A stretch of 64,000 nucleotides of DNA from Labilithrix sp. GTDB lineage: Bacteria; Myxococcota_A; Polyangia; Polyangiales; Polyangiaceae. The notes under the pieces were generated by a model. It was not told the DNA's origin and ran no database searches. It saw nothing but the letters and a program-made list of their open reading frames with translations. The position numbers and the translations under genes were made by a program. Positions 1-10,900 of this stretch are shown piece after piece. The stretch is from contig JAHBWF010000005.1 in the NCBI GenBank assembly GCA_019637105.1, positions 29,611 to 93,610 on the forward strand. Direction: 5' to 3'. Position 1 is the first letter of the stretch. Every line of letters starts with the position of its first letter.

Positions 1-1627
1 TGTCGCTCCGGCCGTCGAAGAGCGGCGCGATGAGCGGCTGCTGGATCGACACCGTGCCGTCGACCGCGCGGTGATCGCCCCAGGACTCGAGCGTGTGGGC
101 GCGCGGGACGTACCAGGCGCAGAGGTCGGACGTCTCGTTGACGTGGCTCGAGAGGTGGACCGTCTGGCCGACCGCGCGGAGGCGCTCGACCATCTTGAGG
201 TCCGCCGGCGCGTCGTAGGCGGGGTTGCCGCCGAGGATGACGAGCGTGCCGACGGCGTTCTTCTCGATGTCCGCGGCGAGCTGCTTGAGGCTCGCCGTCG
301 GGTCGACCTCGAGCGGGTCGGCGACGGGGAAGTACTGCACCGTGTGGCCGACGTTGCCGAGCGCCGCGTTGAGCGCGTGGACGAGCGCGTGGACGCGCGC
401 CGGCTGCCGCGCGCCGACGACGATGACGCCGCGGGCGCGCGCGCCGGCGAGCTCGTCGGCGACGACCTTGAGCCACTTCTCCGGGATGCCCGCGCCGTCG
501 GCCTTCGCGACCGCCGCGCCGACGGCGCCGAGGTCGATCTTGTGCGAGGTCGCGAGCTCCTTCGCCAGCGCGAGGACGTAACGCTCGACGTCCTGCGCCG
601 CGAGGCGGAGGCGGTGGTCGGCGTTCATGCCCGTCGTCGTGAACGCCGGCTCGACGACGTAGAGCCGGCTCATGTCGTCTTCGGGGCTCGTGAGCTTCCG
701 GCCCTTCGCGAAGGAGTGTCCCGCGCGGGTGGTGCCCGTCTCTGTGCCGAGGAAGTCGGAGTCGAGCGCGAGGATCACCTTCGCCTGGTCGTAGCTCGGC
801 ACGACGTTGACGAGCTGACCGAACGCGATGCGCGCGCCCTCGCGCGCGTTGCCGTCGTGCGCGGCCTCCCAGAAATGGACCTGCGCCTTCGGGAGCTTCG
901 CGAGCAGGGCGTCGCGGAGGCGGAGGAACGTCGGCGAGGTCGTGGGCTCGGCGAGGATGCGGAGGCGAGCGCCGCTGTCGGCCTGCGACGCGCGGACGAT
1001 GTCGGCGAACGCCTGGTCGAAGTCGGCCCAGGTCGCGGGCGTGTGGTTGCCGAAGCCGCCCTGCGCCTGACGCGCGCCCTTCATCGGGGTCGTGCCGCGA
1101 TCGGGATCGTACAGGTCGTAGATCGCCGCCTGCGTCCACGCGTCCGTGCCGCCGCGGCTCGACGGGTGCGCCGGGTTGCCCTCGATCTTCGTCGGGCGGC
1201 CCTCGTGGCTCTCGACGAGGACGCCGATGGCGTCGCCGCGCTGCGGGATGACCGACGCGTAGTACGAGGTCGTCCCGGGCAGCACGTGCTCGGGCGCCTT
1301 CGAGTACGGCATGATCTTCTCGACCGGGCGGCGCGCGCAGCCCTCGGCGAGGAGCGCCGCCGAGGCGCCGGCGAAGAACATGAACCCGCGGCGGCCGACC
1401 GAGACGTCGGCGGCGCTCTTCGGCGCGTCCTTGCTCCTGCGGAGCGTGACGAGGTCGCTCTTGGCGGCCGCGACCGAGGCCGCGCGCGCCTCGTCGAGGC
1501 CGAGCGCGAACTCGCTCTCGGCGCGCCTCTGCGCGCCGGCGGGGTCGGCCTTGTCCTCCAGGCTCTTCCAGAAGACCTTGGCGCCGTCCTCCGGCGCGTC
1601 GAACGAATACGGTTCGCGGCGGCTCAT
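1..1627 (-). CDS. actB: Alternative complex III subunit ActB (molybdopterin-oxidoreductase-like, TAT-variant), 3' end runs off the left edge
   Basis: Manual translation from ATG 1627: MSREPYSFDAPEDGAKVFWKSLED...GRRGFMFF...CARRPVEKIMPYSKAPEHVLPG...VLVESHEGRPTKIEGNPAHP, typical of the ActB N-terminus. ATGA overlap with the actA stop. Absent from the ORF track because no stop lies in the window. Confidence 0.9.
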   Translation of the reverse strand, partial: MSRREPYSFDAPEDGAKVFWKSLEDKADPAGAQRRAESEFALGLDEARAASVAAAKSDLVTLRRSKDAPKSAADVSVGRRGFMFFAGASAALLAEGCARRPVEKIMPYSKAPEHVLPGTTSYYASVIPQRGDAIGVLVESHEGRPTKIEGNPAHPSSRGGTDAWTQAAIYDLYDPDRGTTPMKGARQAQGGFGNHTPATWADFDQAFADIVRASQADSGARLRILAEPTTSPTFLRLRDALLAKLPKAQVHFWEAAHDGNAREGARIAFGQLVNVVPSYDQAKVILALDSDFLGTETGTTRAGHSFAKGRKLTSPEDDMSRLYVVEPAFTTTGMNADHRLRLAAQDVERYVLALAKELATSHKIDLGAVGAAVAKADGAGIPEKWLKVVADELAGARARGVIVVGARQPARVHALVHALNAALGNVGHTVQYFPVADPLEVDPTASLKQLAADIEKNAVGTLVILGGNPAYDAPADLKMVERLRAVGQTVHLSSHVNETSDLCAWYVPRAHTLESWGDHRAVDGTVSIQQPLIAPLFDGRSD

Positions 1628-2253
1628 CGGTGGCACCCCGAGCAGTGCTGCGGCGGATGAACGTCGGGCGCCGCCCACCCGGCGGCGGCCATCTCCGGCT
1701 TCCATTCCATGTTGGTGATCTGATCCTTCGGACGGAGATTCGGCTTCGGATCGCGATGGCAGTCGAGGCACCATCCCATTCCGAGCGGCGTTTCGGCGCG
1801 CACGACGTCCATCTGGTCGACGCGTCCGTGGCAGGTCGCGCAGCCGACGCCGGCGGCGAGGTGCGCGCTGTGATCGAAGTAAGCGTGATCCGGCAGCTTG
1901 TGGATCTGCACCCACTCGATGGGCTTGCCGGACTCCCAGCTCGACCGCACCGGCGCGAGGCGCGCGCTGTCGGTCTTCACCATCGAGTGGCACCCCATGC
2001 AGACCTGCGTGGGCGGGACCATCGCCTTGGCGGCGACCTCCACGTTGGCGTGGCAGTACCGGCAGTCCATGCCCATCTGCCCGGCGTGGAGCCGATGCGA
2101 GTAGGGCACGGGCTGCGCCGGGGCGTAGCCGACTTGGAAGTTCTTGGGCGTGACGTAGTACCAGATGGCGCCGATGAGGAGCGCCGGCACCACTGTGCCC
2201 ACTCCGCCGAGGATCAGCGGGAGCTTGTTGAGCGACCGGGGAAAGATCTGCAT
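1624..2253 (-). CDS. actA: Alternative complex III pentaheme cytochrome c subunit ActA
   Basis: From ATG 2253 (MQIFPRSLNKL): one N-terminal TM helix and five CxxCH motifs (CRYCH, CMGCH, CATCH, CLDCH, CSGCH), directly upstream of actB. Confidence 0.92.
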   Translation of the reverse strand: MQIFPRSLNKLPLILGGVGTVVPALLIGAIWYYVTPKNFQVGYAPAQPVPYSHRLHAGQMGMDCRYCHANVEVAAKAMVPPTQVCMGCHSMVKTDSARLAPVRSSWESGKPIEWVQIHKLPDHAYFDHSAHLAAGVGCATCHGRVDQMDVVRAETPLGMGWCLDCHRDPKPNLRPKDQITNMEWKPEMAAAGWAAPDVHPPQHCSGCHR

Positions 2254-2429
2254 TCGCGCACTCGCGGGTCTCGGCCACGGGCCTCGCGTCGGGTGCCGGA
2301 AACCTTGGGTTCCAGCCTGATAGCCACCGGCGCTCCTGGCCCCACTAGCTGTGGTGCGTCGACCAGGGGTCGACCTCGGAACAGGGGTTGTTGGGGATCT
2401 CCCCAAGTTACAAAGGGACGGCGGGCGTC

Positions 2430-2459
2430 CTTATAGAGGAGAGCCGTCCACGGCTACAA
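2430..2459 (-). promoter_or_regulatory. Possible sigma70-type promoter for the act operon
   Basis: Minus strand TTGTAG-18 nt-TATAAG in a lower-GC intergenic region, about 175 nt upstream of actA. Confidence 0.3.
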
Positions 2460-2631
2460 GCCCCCGTTTCCACATAAACGCGCGCAAAGTTTTCGGGTCG
2501 GGCTCGACCGCTTCGGTCCGCGTGGAGAGTTGCAACGTGGACTTCGAAATCGAAAGCCTCCGTGCGACCAGACCGAACGCCGACTACGGCCGTGATCGGC
2601 TCGTCCCGATGTCCGCTCAGGATCTTGCGCC

Positions 2632-3075
2632 TTAGCGCCCCTTCGCCGCGAACGACTCGGCTTCGTCCTTGTGCGTCGGACAGTCGCGCGCGAGCACCGT
2701 CAGGCTCGCGCCGCCCTCGCGGCCCGGCGCCCGCACGGTCACCGTCTTCGGCGTCGTGCGCACCTCCTCGCGACTGACGCTCTCGTTCAATCGCGCGCGG
2801 ATGGCCACGAGCATGCCGAGGTGGAACTCGAAGCGCGCGTGCCCGACCGCCGCGCGCGCGTCGCGCGCCGTCCATTCGAGCACGGTGTCGTCGCCGGCGC
2901 CGAGCGCCGTCTGCCAGGTCCCCTCGGCGCCTGGCTGGAAGCGCTCGCGCACGTCGCGCGGCGCCATTCCCAGGCGGACGTTGGGGACGGGCTCCCGCTC
3001 CTCGCGCGAGCACGCCGCGCCGAACGCGAGCGTCAGCGCGACCAGCAGACCGAGGAGGAGCGTCCGGACGCGCAC
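2632..3075 (-). CDS. Hypothetical lipoprotein
   Basis: Hydrophobic signal ending AFGAAC (lipobox-like). RLGMAPRDVRERF resembles the start of SmpA/BamE-like domains. TTGACG-18-TACGAC lies upstream. Confidence 0.7.
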   Translation of the reverse strand: MRVRTLLLGLLVALTLAFGAACSREEREPVPNVRLGMAPRDVRERFQPGAEGTWQTALGAGDDTVLEWTARDARAAVGHARFEFHLGMLVAIRARLNESVSREEVRTTPKTVTVRAPGREGGASLTVLARDCPTHKDEAESFAAKGR

Positions 3076-3235
3076 GACCCGGGCCGTCGTAGGGTCGAGC
3101 GCGCGGCCTCGTCAAGCGCGCGTTCGCGCCGAGCTTCGACCCGCGCTCCGCGGCGCCGGCCCGCGGCGCCGGAGCGGACCGGCGGCCGCGTCACGAGGAC
3201 GTGCGCGCCCGCGCGGGCGCGGATACGCTTCCCGG

Positions 3236-3790
3236 ATGGGCTCGGTCGCGAGAGGGATCGCCGGCGCGTCGGCGCTGCTCGTCGTCGCCTGCGCGGCGAT
3301 CGCGGGCATCGACGCGCCCGACGCGGACCGAGCCGCGCCCGGCGACGGGACCTCGCCGCGCGCCTCGACCGGCGACGATCCGCGCGACGAGCCGCCGGGG
3401 CCCGGAGCCGGCGGCTCGTCCGGGACCCCCGACGCGCCCGGCGCCCCCGCGTCCGCCGACGGCGGCGCCGAGGCGAGCCTCCCGCCGACGCCCGCGTGCC
3501 CGCCGCCGCAGAAGCCGGACGGCGAGCCCTGCCAGAGCGCGAGCGAGTGCTGCAGCGAGGCGTGCCGTGAGGACCTCCGGTGCGCGCCCGCCTGCAAGGC
3601 CGACGGCGAGCGATGCGGCTTCAACTCGAACGACGAGTGCTGCGCCGGGCTCTGGTGCGGGGGCACCGCGCGCACCCAGTGCATCGCGTGCATCCCGAAG
3701 GGCAACCCCGCGGCGAAGGTCGTGGGCGTCGCGGTGGAGCGCTCGTGCTGCTCGCGCTCGGCCAACGTCTTCAACGGCCTCTGCGACTGA
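3236..3790 (+). CDS. Cys-rich secreted/lipoprotein with tandem knottin-like repeats
   Basis: ATG 3236 (MGSVARGIAGASALLVVAC), Pro/Gly/Asp linker, then 16 Cys in C-C-CC-C-C patterns. TACGCT lies 6 nt upstream of the start. Confidence 0.75.
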   Translation: MGSVARGIAGASALLVVACAAIAGIDAPDADRAAPGDGTSPRASTGDDPRDEPPGPGAGGSSGTPDAPGAPASADGGAEASLPPTPACPPPQKPDGEPCQSASECCSEACREDLRCAPACKADGERCGFNSNDECCAGLWCGGTARTQCIACIPKGNPAAKVVGVAVERSCCSRSANVFNGLCD

Positions 3791-3840
3791 GCGCCGAGCC
3801 CGGATAGCGTGCGCCGGCGCGCCCCGCGAGGGGCGGTCGC

Positions 3841-4758
3841 TCAGGGGTCGACCGCGAGCGCCGTGAACAGGAGCACGAGGTAGACGATCGAGATCCCGAA
3901 GAGCGACTTCGCCCACTTGTTGCCGGCGCCGGCGCGGAGCCCGTAGCAGCCCCACGTGAAGAAGACCGCGCCGAGGATCGTCGCGAGGATCAGGTAGCCG
4001 TGGCCGGCGAGGCCGAGGGGGACGACGAGGAGGCTCGCGGCGACGAGCGCGAAGATCCAGCGGATGATCGTGTGCCGCGAGGCGAGCTCGCCCGTCACGT
4101 TCGGCGTCACGACGAGGCCCGCGCGGGCGTAGTCGGCCTTGCGGAACAGGGCGATCGCGACAAAATGCGGGATCTGCCACAAGAACAGGATGGCGAAGAG
4201 AACGGCGCCGGCGGCGTCGATGCTCGCGGTGCCCGCCGTCCAGCCGAGGAGCGGCGGGATGGCCCCGGGGATCGCGCCGACGTGGAGCGCGTAGTGCGAG
4301 TGCTGCTTCAGCGGCGTGTAGGCGAGCACGTAGAGGATGTTCGCGATCACGGCGAGCAGCGCCGTGAGCGGGTTCGCGCCGATCGCGAGGACCGGCACCG
4401 CGAGCGCCGAGAAGGCGACGCCGAACCAGAGCGCGAACCGCGGCGCCATCCGCCCGGAGGGCAAGGGCCGGTTCTTCGTCCGGGCCATCCGGCGGTCGAT
4501 GTCCCGCTCGATGTACATGTTCAGGGCGTTCGCCCCGATCACGATCATCGAGAGCCCGACCAGCGTGGCCACGACGGTCGACGTGCTCGGGCCGCCCTCG
4601 AGCCGGCCCGCGCGCGCCGCCAAAAACAGGCCGCCGGCGCCCGTGATCACCACGTTCAGCGTGATCCGCGGCTTCGCCAGGGTGACCACGTCGCGCAGCG
4701 AGACCGCGGTCGTTCGGGTCGCCGACGGTTCCAGCGGATGGGCGAGCGGCTTCTGCAT
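3841..4758 (-). CDS. cyoE: Protoheme IX farnesyltransferase (heme O synthase, UbiA family)
   Basis: LAKPRIT, NALNMYIERDIDRRMARTKNRPLPSG, YTPLK, GAIPGAIPPLLGW and LFLWQIPHF motifs; multiple TM helices; near the act respiratory genes. Confidence 0.95.
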   Translation of the reverse strand: MQKPLAHPLEPSATRTTAVSLRDVVTLAKPRITLNVVITGAGGLFLAARAGRLEGGPSTSTVVATLVGLSMIVIGANALNMYIERDIDRRMARTKNRPLPSGRMAPRFALWFGVAFSALAVPVLAIGANPLTALLAVIANILYVLAYTPLKQHSHYALHVGAIPGAIPPLLGWTAGTASIDAAGAVLFAILFLWQIPHFVAIALFRKADYARAGLVVTPNVTGELASRHTIIRWIFALVAASLLVVPLGLAGHGYLILATILGAVFFTWGCYGLRAGAGNKWAKSLFGISIVYLVLLFTALAVDP

Positions 4759-4770
4759 GGGACCCGCCGC

Positions 4771-4799
4771 CTATTAGGGAGGCGCGCTCGGCCCGTCAA
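4771..4799 (-). promoter_or_regulatory. Possible sigma70-type promoter of cyoE
   Basis: Minus strand TTGACG-17 nt-TAATAG, 12 nt upstream of the ATG. The -10 element is imperfect. Confidence 0.35.
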
Positions 4800-4914
4800 G
4801 GACCTCCTCCTTCCGGGCTCTTAGGTAAGCGAACCGCAGGTCGAAGATGGGTGGTTGGGGCGGCCCGAGTTCCGGTAGTCTCGGTTTTCCCCAGTCAACG
4901 TTGCCGCTCGGAAG

Positions 4915-7900
4915 ATGGGTCCGTCCCCCCGACAATCACGCGCGAACATCCCTTCGTTCGAGGCAAAGCTCGAGAACGAAGAGGAAGTTCTCGATTCCAT
5001 CGTCTCGGCGCTCTCGAAGAACGCCCTGGACGCTGCGATCTGGGACGAGCTCCACGACGCCGCGGTGAAGCACGATCGCGTCTCGGAGCTCGCGTTCGCC
5101 TACGAGTCCGCCGCGCAGAGCCGGAAGCTCAAGACGTTCTTGCCGGCCGTCCAGGCCGAGCTCTTCTTCCGCGCCGCGACCTTCTTCGGGGACGTCCTCG
5201 GCGACGAGTTCGGCGCGACGACCTACCTCGAGCGCGCGCTCGGGGCCTTCCCCGGCCACGTCGGCGCGTTCGAGCGCATCGACGCCCAGCTCACGCGCAC
5301 CGACGACAACAAGAAGCTCGCCGAGCTCTGCGTCCAGACGTCCGCGCACCACGCGAGGCCCGATCAGATCGCGATCTTGAAGCGCGCCGCGCACCTCTTC
5401 GAGCGCGCGTCGCTCGAGGACAAGGCGATCGAGACGTTCCAGCAGCTCGTCCGGCTCGACCCCGCCGACGAGGAGCTGCGGAACGCGCTCGAGGCGCGTT
5501 TCGTCCGCGCCAACCGTTACCGCGACGTCGCGCGCATGTTCGAGCAGGCGCTCGCCGCCGATCCACCGCCTCCCGAGGAGGAGGCCGCGCGCATCCGCCA
5601 GAAGCTGATCGAGGTCTTCGCCAACCAGCTCAAGGAGCCCGAGCGCGCGATGCCTCACGTCGAGGCGCTCCTCGAGTCCGATCCGGCGAACGCCGAGGCG
5701 CGCCGCGTCGCGCACCGCCTGCTCGAGAGCAAGGGGCTCGCCGCGCGCGCGGCGGCGGCGCTCTCCGCGGGCGCGACCACGACGGAGGAGCGCGCGCGCT
5801 ACCTCGGCATCGAGCTCGAGCACACGCGCGGCCCGCGCCGGCGCGACGTCCTCCGCCGGATCGGCGTCCTCAAGCAGGACGAGCTCGACGACACCCAGGG
5901 CGCGTTCGAGGCGTTCGAGCAGGCGCTCGGCATCGACCCGGCCGACGACGAGCTCCGCCAGCGCTACATGTCGCTCGGCATCCACCTGAAGGGGCCGCTC
6001 GAGGTGGCGCGGACGTTCGCGCGCGTCTCGACGGTCGCGAAGGACGCCGGCGTCCGCTCCCGCATCACCGCGGAGATGGGCGACCTCCTCCTCCGCGGCG
6101 GCGACACCAAGCGCGCCCGCACCACGCTCGCCGGCGTCCTGTCGGCGCCCAGCGCCGATCCCGGCGCCGTCCTCACGGCGGCGCGCGCGCTCTCGAGCGT
6201 CTACGAGAGCGAAGGCGACGTGCGAAACCTCGTCGAGGTGCTCCAGCGCATCGGCGAGCTCTCGCCGCTCGAGGGCGAGAAGCAGCTCGCCAACGAGCGC
6301 ATCGCCGAGATCTGCACGAACGAGCTCGGCGACGTCGACCGCGCCATCGGCGCCTGGCGGCGCCTCGTCGACTCCCCTGCCCGCGCGCGCGCGCTCGAGG
6401 CGCTCGAGCCGCTCTACGAAGCGCGCGAGCAGTGGATCGACCTCTCGTTCGTCCTCGAGGAGCGCGCCAAGGACGCCGCCGCCGACCCCGCCGCCGCGCG
6501 CGCGCTGTCGTACCGCGCCGCCGAGGTGCTGACGACGAAGGCCAAGGACGTCGGCAGCGCCTCCGAAGCGTGGCGCCAGATGATCGCCGCGTACGGCCCC
6601 GCGCGCGACGTCTACGCGCAGTGGCTCCCGCTCCTCGAGCAGCAGCGGCTCTGGCCCGAGCTCGCCGAGGCGCTCACGAAGGACGCCGAGCTCGCGCCCG
6701 AAGAGGAGCGGCCGCTCGTCCTGGCGCGCCTCGGCAACGTCTACCTGCAGCGGACCCGCGACACCGACGCCGCGATCGACGCGTTCAAGCGCGCGCTCGA
6801 CCTCGACGCGGCCGAGAAGACGAGCCGCGGCACCCTCGAGAAGCTGCTCCTCGCGGCCGAGCACCGCCTCGCCGCCTCCGCCGTCCTCGAGCCGATCTAC
6901 CGCGGCGAGCAGAACGCGCAGGGGCTCCTCCGCGTGCTCGACATCCGCGCGTCGTCGTCGCCGATCGTCCAGGACCGCCTCGCGGCGCTCGAGGAGGCCG
7001 CGCGCGTCGCCGAGTCCGTCTCGAAGGACAAGACCATCGAGGTCGTCGCGCGCGGGCTCGCCGAGTCGGTCGAGAGCCAGGAGCCGATCGGGCCGTGGCT
7101 CGAGCGCTTCACGCGCGCCGGCGAGGGCATCGATCCGAAGCGACGCGCCGCGTTCCTCGGCAAGGCGCTCGGCGACCGCCCGATCGAGTCGCGCGAGCTG
7201 CTCGGCCTCGCCGTGCTCGTGGGCGAGGAGAGCTACGCGGCGGGCGACGTCGCCGCCGCGCTCGCGGCCTACCGGCGGGCGCTCGCCTTCGAGCCGTCCT
7301 CGACGGACTTGATCGCGCGGGTCGACCAGCTCCTCCAGGAGCAGGGCAACCCCGAGGAGCGCGTCGCGCTCTACCGCGCGGCGCTCGAGCGAGGCGCCGA
7401 CCCGGCGCGACGCCGCCAGCTGCTGCACAGCATCGGCACGATCGAGCGCTACGAGCTGATGAACCCGACGGCCGCGATCGGCGCCTACCGGCGCGCCGTC
7501 GCCGACGATCCCACCGACCGCGAGGCGAACAGCGCGCTCGTCGAGCTCTACACCGAGACCGAGGCGTGGGACGAGCTCTGCGACCTGCTCGAGGACTACC
7601 TCGCGCACGCGACGTCGCCCGAGGAGACGCGCGCCGCCCGCGCGCAGCTCGCGCAGGTGGCGACGGCCCACGGACAGGGCGACCGCGGCGCGCTCCACGC
7701 CGGCGCGCTCCTGAACGATCCGAACCTCGGCGAGCCCGAGCTCGATCTCGTCGAGCACGTCGCGACCACGCTGAGCGACAAGGTCCTGCTCCGCGCCGTC
7801 CTCGAGCGCCGCGTCCGCGAGTCGGAGGAGCCGCAGAAGCAGGTGGAGTGCCTCGAGCGCCTCGCGACGCTCGCCCAGGACAGCGGCGACGCGAGCCACG

Positions 7901-10900
7901 CCGTCGAGCGGCTCCGCCAGGCGGCGGACGTCGCGCAGGGCATGGGCGACGCCGCCGCCGCCGTCGCCCTGTACGGCCGCCTCCGCGCGATCGCGCCGCG
8001 CGACGAGCACGCCACCGGGCAGCTCGTCGATCTCCACGAGCGCGCGGGGAGCTGGGAGGCGGTCCCGCCGCTCTACTCGGTCCTCCTCGAGCTCGCGACC
8101 GACACGCTCTCGCGCGTCGCGCTCCTCCGCCGCCTCTCGCGCACGCTCGCCGACCAGCTCGGCGACCTCGAGCGCGCGTTCAACGCGGCGAAGAGCGCGC
8201 TCGCGCTCGCGCCCGAAGACGGCGACGCGCTCTCCGACGCGTCGTCGCTCGCGATCCGCACCGGCCGCACCGCCGAGCTCGCGGCGGCGATCGACGAGGC
8301 GCTCGCCGCGACGACCACGGCGCCGGAGGCCACGCGCGCGGAGCTCACGCTCGCGAAGGCGCGGGTCCTCGCGACCCAGGAGGCCACGTGGGGCGAAGCC
8401 GCGGCCGCCTTCCGCGCGGTGCTCGAGGACACGAGCGACGAGGCGATCCAGGCCGCCGCGTCGCAGGCGTTCACCGAGCTGCTCCGCGCGATGCCGCGCA
8501 GCCAGGCGAAGACCCGCGACGTCCGCTGGCTCCACGGTTGGCGCGTCGACCACGCGCCCGCCGATCAGCGCGCCCGGGCCCTGCTGGCGTGGGCCGAGGC
8601 CGAAGAGCTCGAGCTCGGCCACGAGCAGACGGCGCTCGAGCTCTACAAGAAGGTGCTCGAGATCGACGAGTCCGAGCTGGACGCGCTCTCGGCGGTGTCG
8701 CGCCTCTCGCTCGCCCACGGCGACGTCGAGGGCGCGCTCGCCGCGCTGATGACGCGGCGAGCGGCGTCCGAGGGCGACGCGAAGAACGCGCTCGACGTCC
8801 AGATCGCGACGATCCTCGTCGATCGCCCGGGCCGCGCGGACGAGGCGCTCGATCGGATCGCCGGCGTCCTCGAGAACACCCCGCAGGACGCCGCCGCGAT
8901 CGAGCTCGCGGCGCGCCTGCTCGGCGACCACGAGGTCGCGGAGCGCGCGGCGAAGGTCCTCGAGACCTCGCTCGACGCCGTCGACGATCCCGACCAGAAG
9001 ATCAAGGTCTTCGATCACCTGATCGCCCGCCCCGGCGCCGGCGGATCCGCGCCGCGGCGCGAGCTCTACGAGCGCTACCTCGACACGCTCGCCGAGCTCG
9101 AGCGCCCGGACGCCGCCTACGCGGTGGCGCTCCGGGCGGTCCGCGCGCTGCCCGCCGAGCAGTCGCTCTGGGATCGCGCCGAGCAGATCGCGCGCCAGCT
9201 CTCGTCCGCCGAGCCGCTCGCCGACACGTACGAGGCCGTGCTCCGCCTCGAGGTCGCCGGCGCGAACGGCGCGAGCCTCGCCGAGCTGGCGCGGGCGGCG
9301 AACGAGCCGCCGAGCGACGACGCCCTCCAGCAGACGCGCCTCGCGAAGGCCGACGCCATCGAGCTCGGGCAGCGCGCGGTCGCGTTCTACGAGGAGTGGT
9401 ACGAGGACAGCGACCGCGTCGTCCGCGTGCTCGAGCGCCTCCTCGAGATCGAGCCCGAGGACACCTGGGCGTTCGATCGCCTGAAGCTCATCTTCGACTC
9501 GAAGGAGCGCTGGGACGACCTGTTCGCGCTCTACGACCGCGCGGCCGCGTCGGCGGACAAGGATCGCAAGTTCGAGCTGCTCGAGGAAGCCGCGCAGATC
9601 GCGAAGGACTTCGCCAACCACGCGCAGCGCGCGATCCGCTACTTCGAGCAGCTCCTCGAGCTCCGGCCCGGCAACGTCCGCCTCTCGTCGGCGCTCGAGC
9701 GCCTCTACGAGCGCCACGGCTGCCACCGCGAGCTCATCACGCTGCGCGGCATGCGCCTGCTCTCGCTCCCCCACGACGAGGCGCAGAAGGAGCGCTCGCG
9801 CATCGCCACGCTGTGGCTGGACGAGCTGAACGACGCGTCGAGCGCGCTCATCGTCGTCGAGGACATCGTCGTCAACCAGAACCTCGAGGTGCCCGAGGGC
9901 GCCGAGGCGCAGGTCATCGACGTGACGCCGCTCCTCGAGCGCGTGCTCGCGACCGCGCCGCGCAACGCCGACATCCGCGAGACGGTCCCGCCGCCGCCGG
10001 ACGGCCGCCGCGACTCGTACGTCCCCACCGCGCCGAAGCGCGGGCTGGTCCGCCAGCGGGCCGCGGCGCTGCTCAAGGAGCGCTACGCCGTGCCCGGCAA
10101 GGAGGCCGACCTCGCCCGCGTGCTCGAGGTCGAGCTCGAGGTCGTCAAGAGCGTCAAGGAGCGCATCCGGCGCCACCACCAGATCGCCGGCCTCCACGCG
10201 CAGCTCGGCAACGACGAGGCCGCGCTCGAGCACTTCGTCCAGCTCGTCCTGCTCGAGCCCGAGGTCGCCTCCCATCGCCAGGAGCTCGCCGCGATCGCCG
10301 CGCGCATCGGGCGCTTCGATCGGCTCGCCGAGGTGCTCGTCTCCGCGGCGGACGACGCCCACGACGACGCGCTGAAGGTCGAGCTCCTGATGAGCGCCGG
10401 CGACGTCGCCGCCGACGAGATCGGCGACATCGAGCGCGCGATCGAGCTGTTCTTCCGCGTCCTCGCGGTCTCGCCGATCGCCGACGCCGCGCTGCTCGAG
10501 GCGTGCCGCCACGTCGAGCCGCTCCTCGAGAAGGCCGACCGGCGCGCCGACCGCCTCGACGTCCTCGAGCGGCTCGCGATCCTCGAGCAAGACGCGGACG
10601 TGAAGTGGCGCGTGCTCGGCGAGGCCGCGCGCCTCGCGATGGGGCTCGAGGAGGACGATCGCGCGATCTGGGCCTGGGAGGGCCGCCTCGAGACGCGGCC
10701 GGGCGATCCCGAGGCGCTCGACGGCCTCGCCTTCCTCTTCGAGAAGGCCGAGCGCTGGCGCCCGCTCATCGACACGCTCGACAAGCGCGCCAGGCGCGAC
10801 GATCGCGACGCCGGCCAGCGCCGCGAGGACCGGATCCGCGTCGCGCAGATCCAGAGCGAGAAGCTCGAGGCCACCGAGGAGGCGATCGAGACGTGGCGCG

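Noticed and set aside
71-1660. 529-aa plus-strand ORF at the left edge
   Set aside because: Antisense shadow of actB, which is the real gene but is missing from the track because its stop lies outside the window.
9910-9935. VIDVTPLL in the giant TPR protein, resembling the Hsp70 linker LLDVTPL
   Set aside because: A short match is likely by chance in 4059 aa, and I have no conservation evidence.
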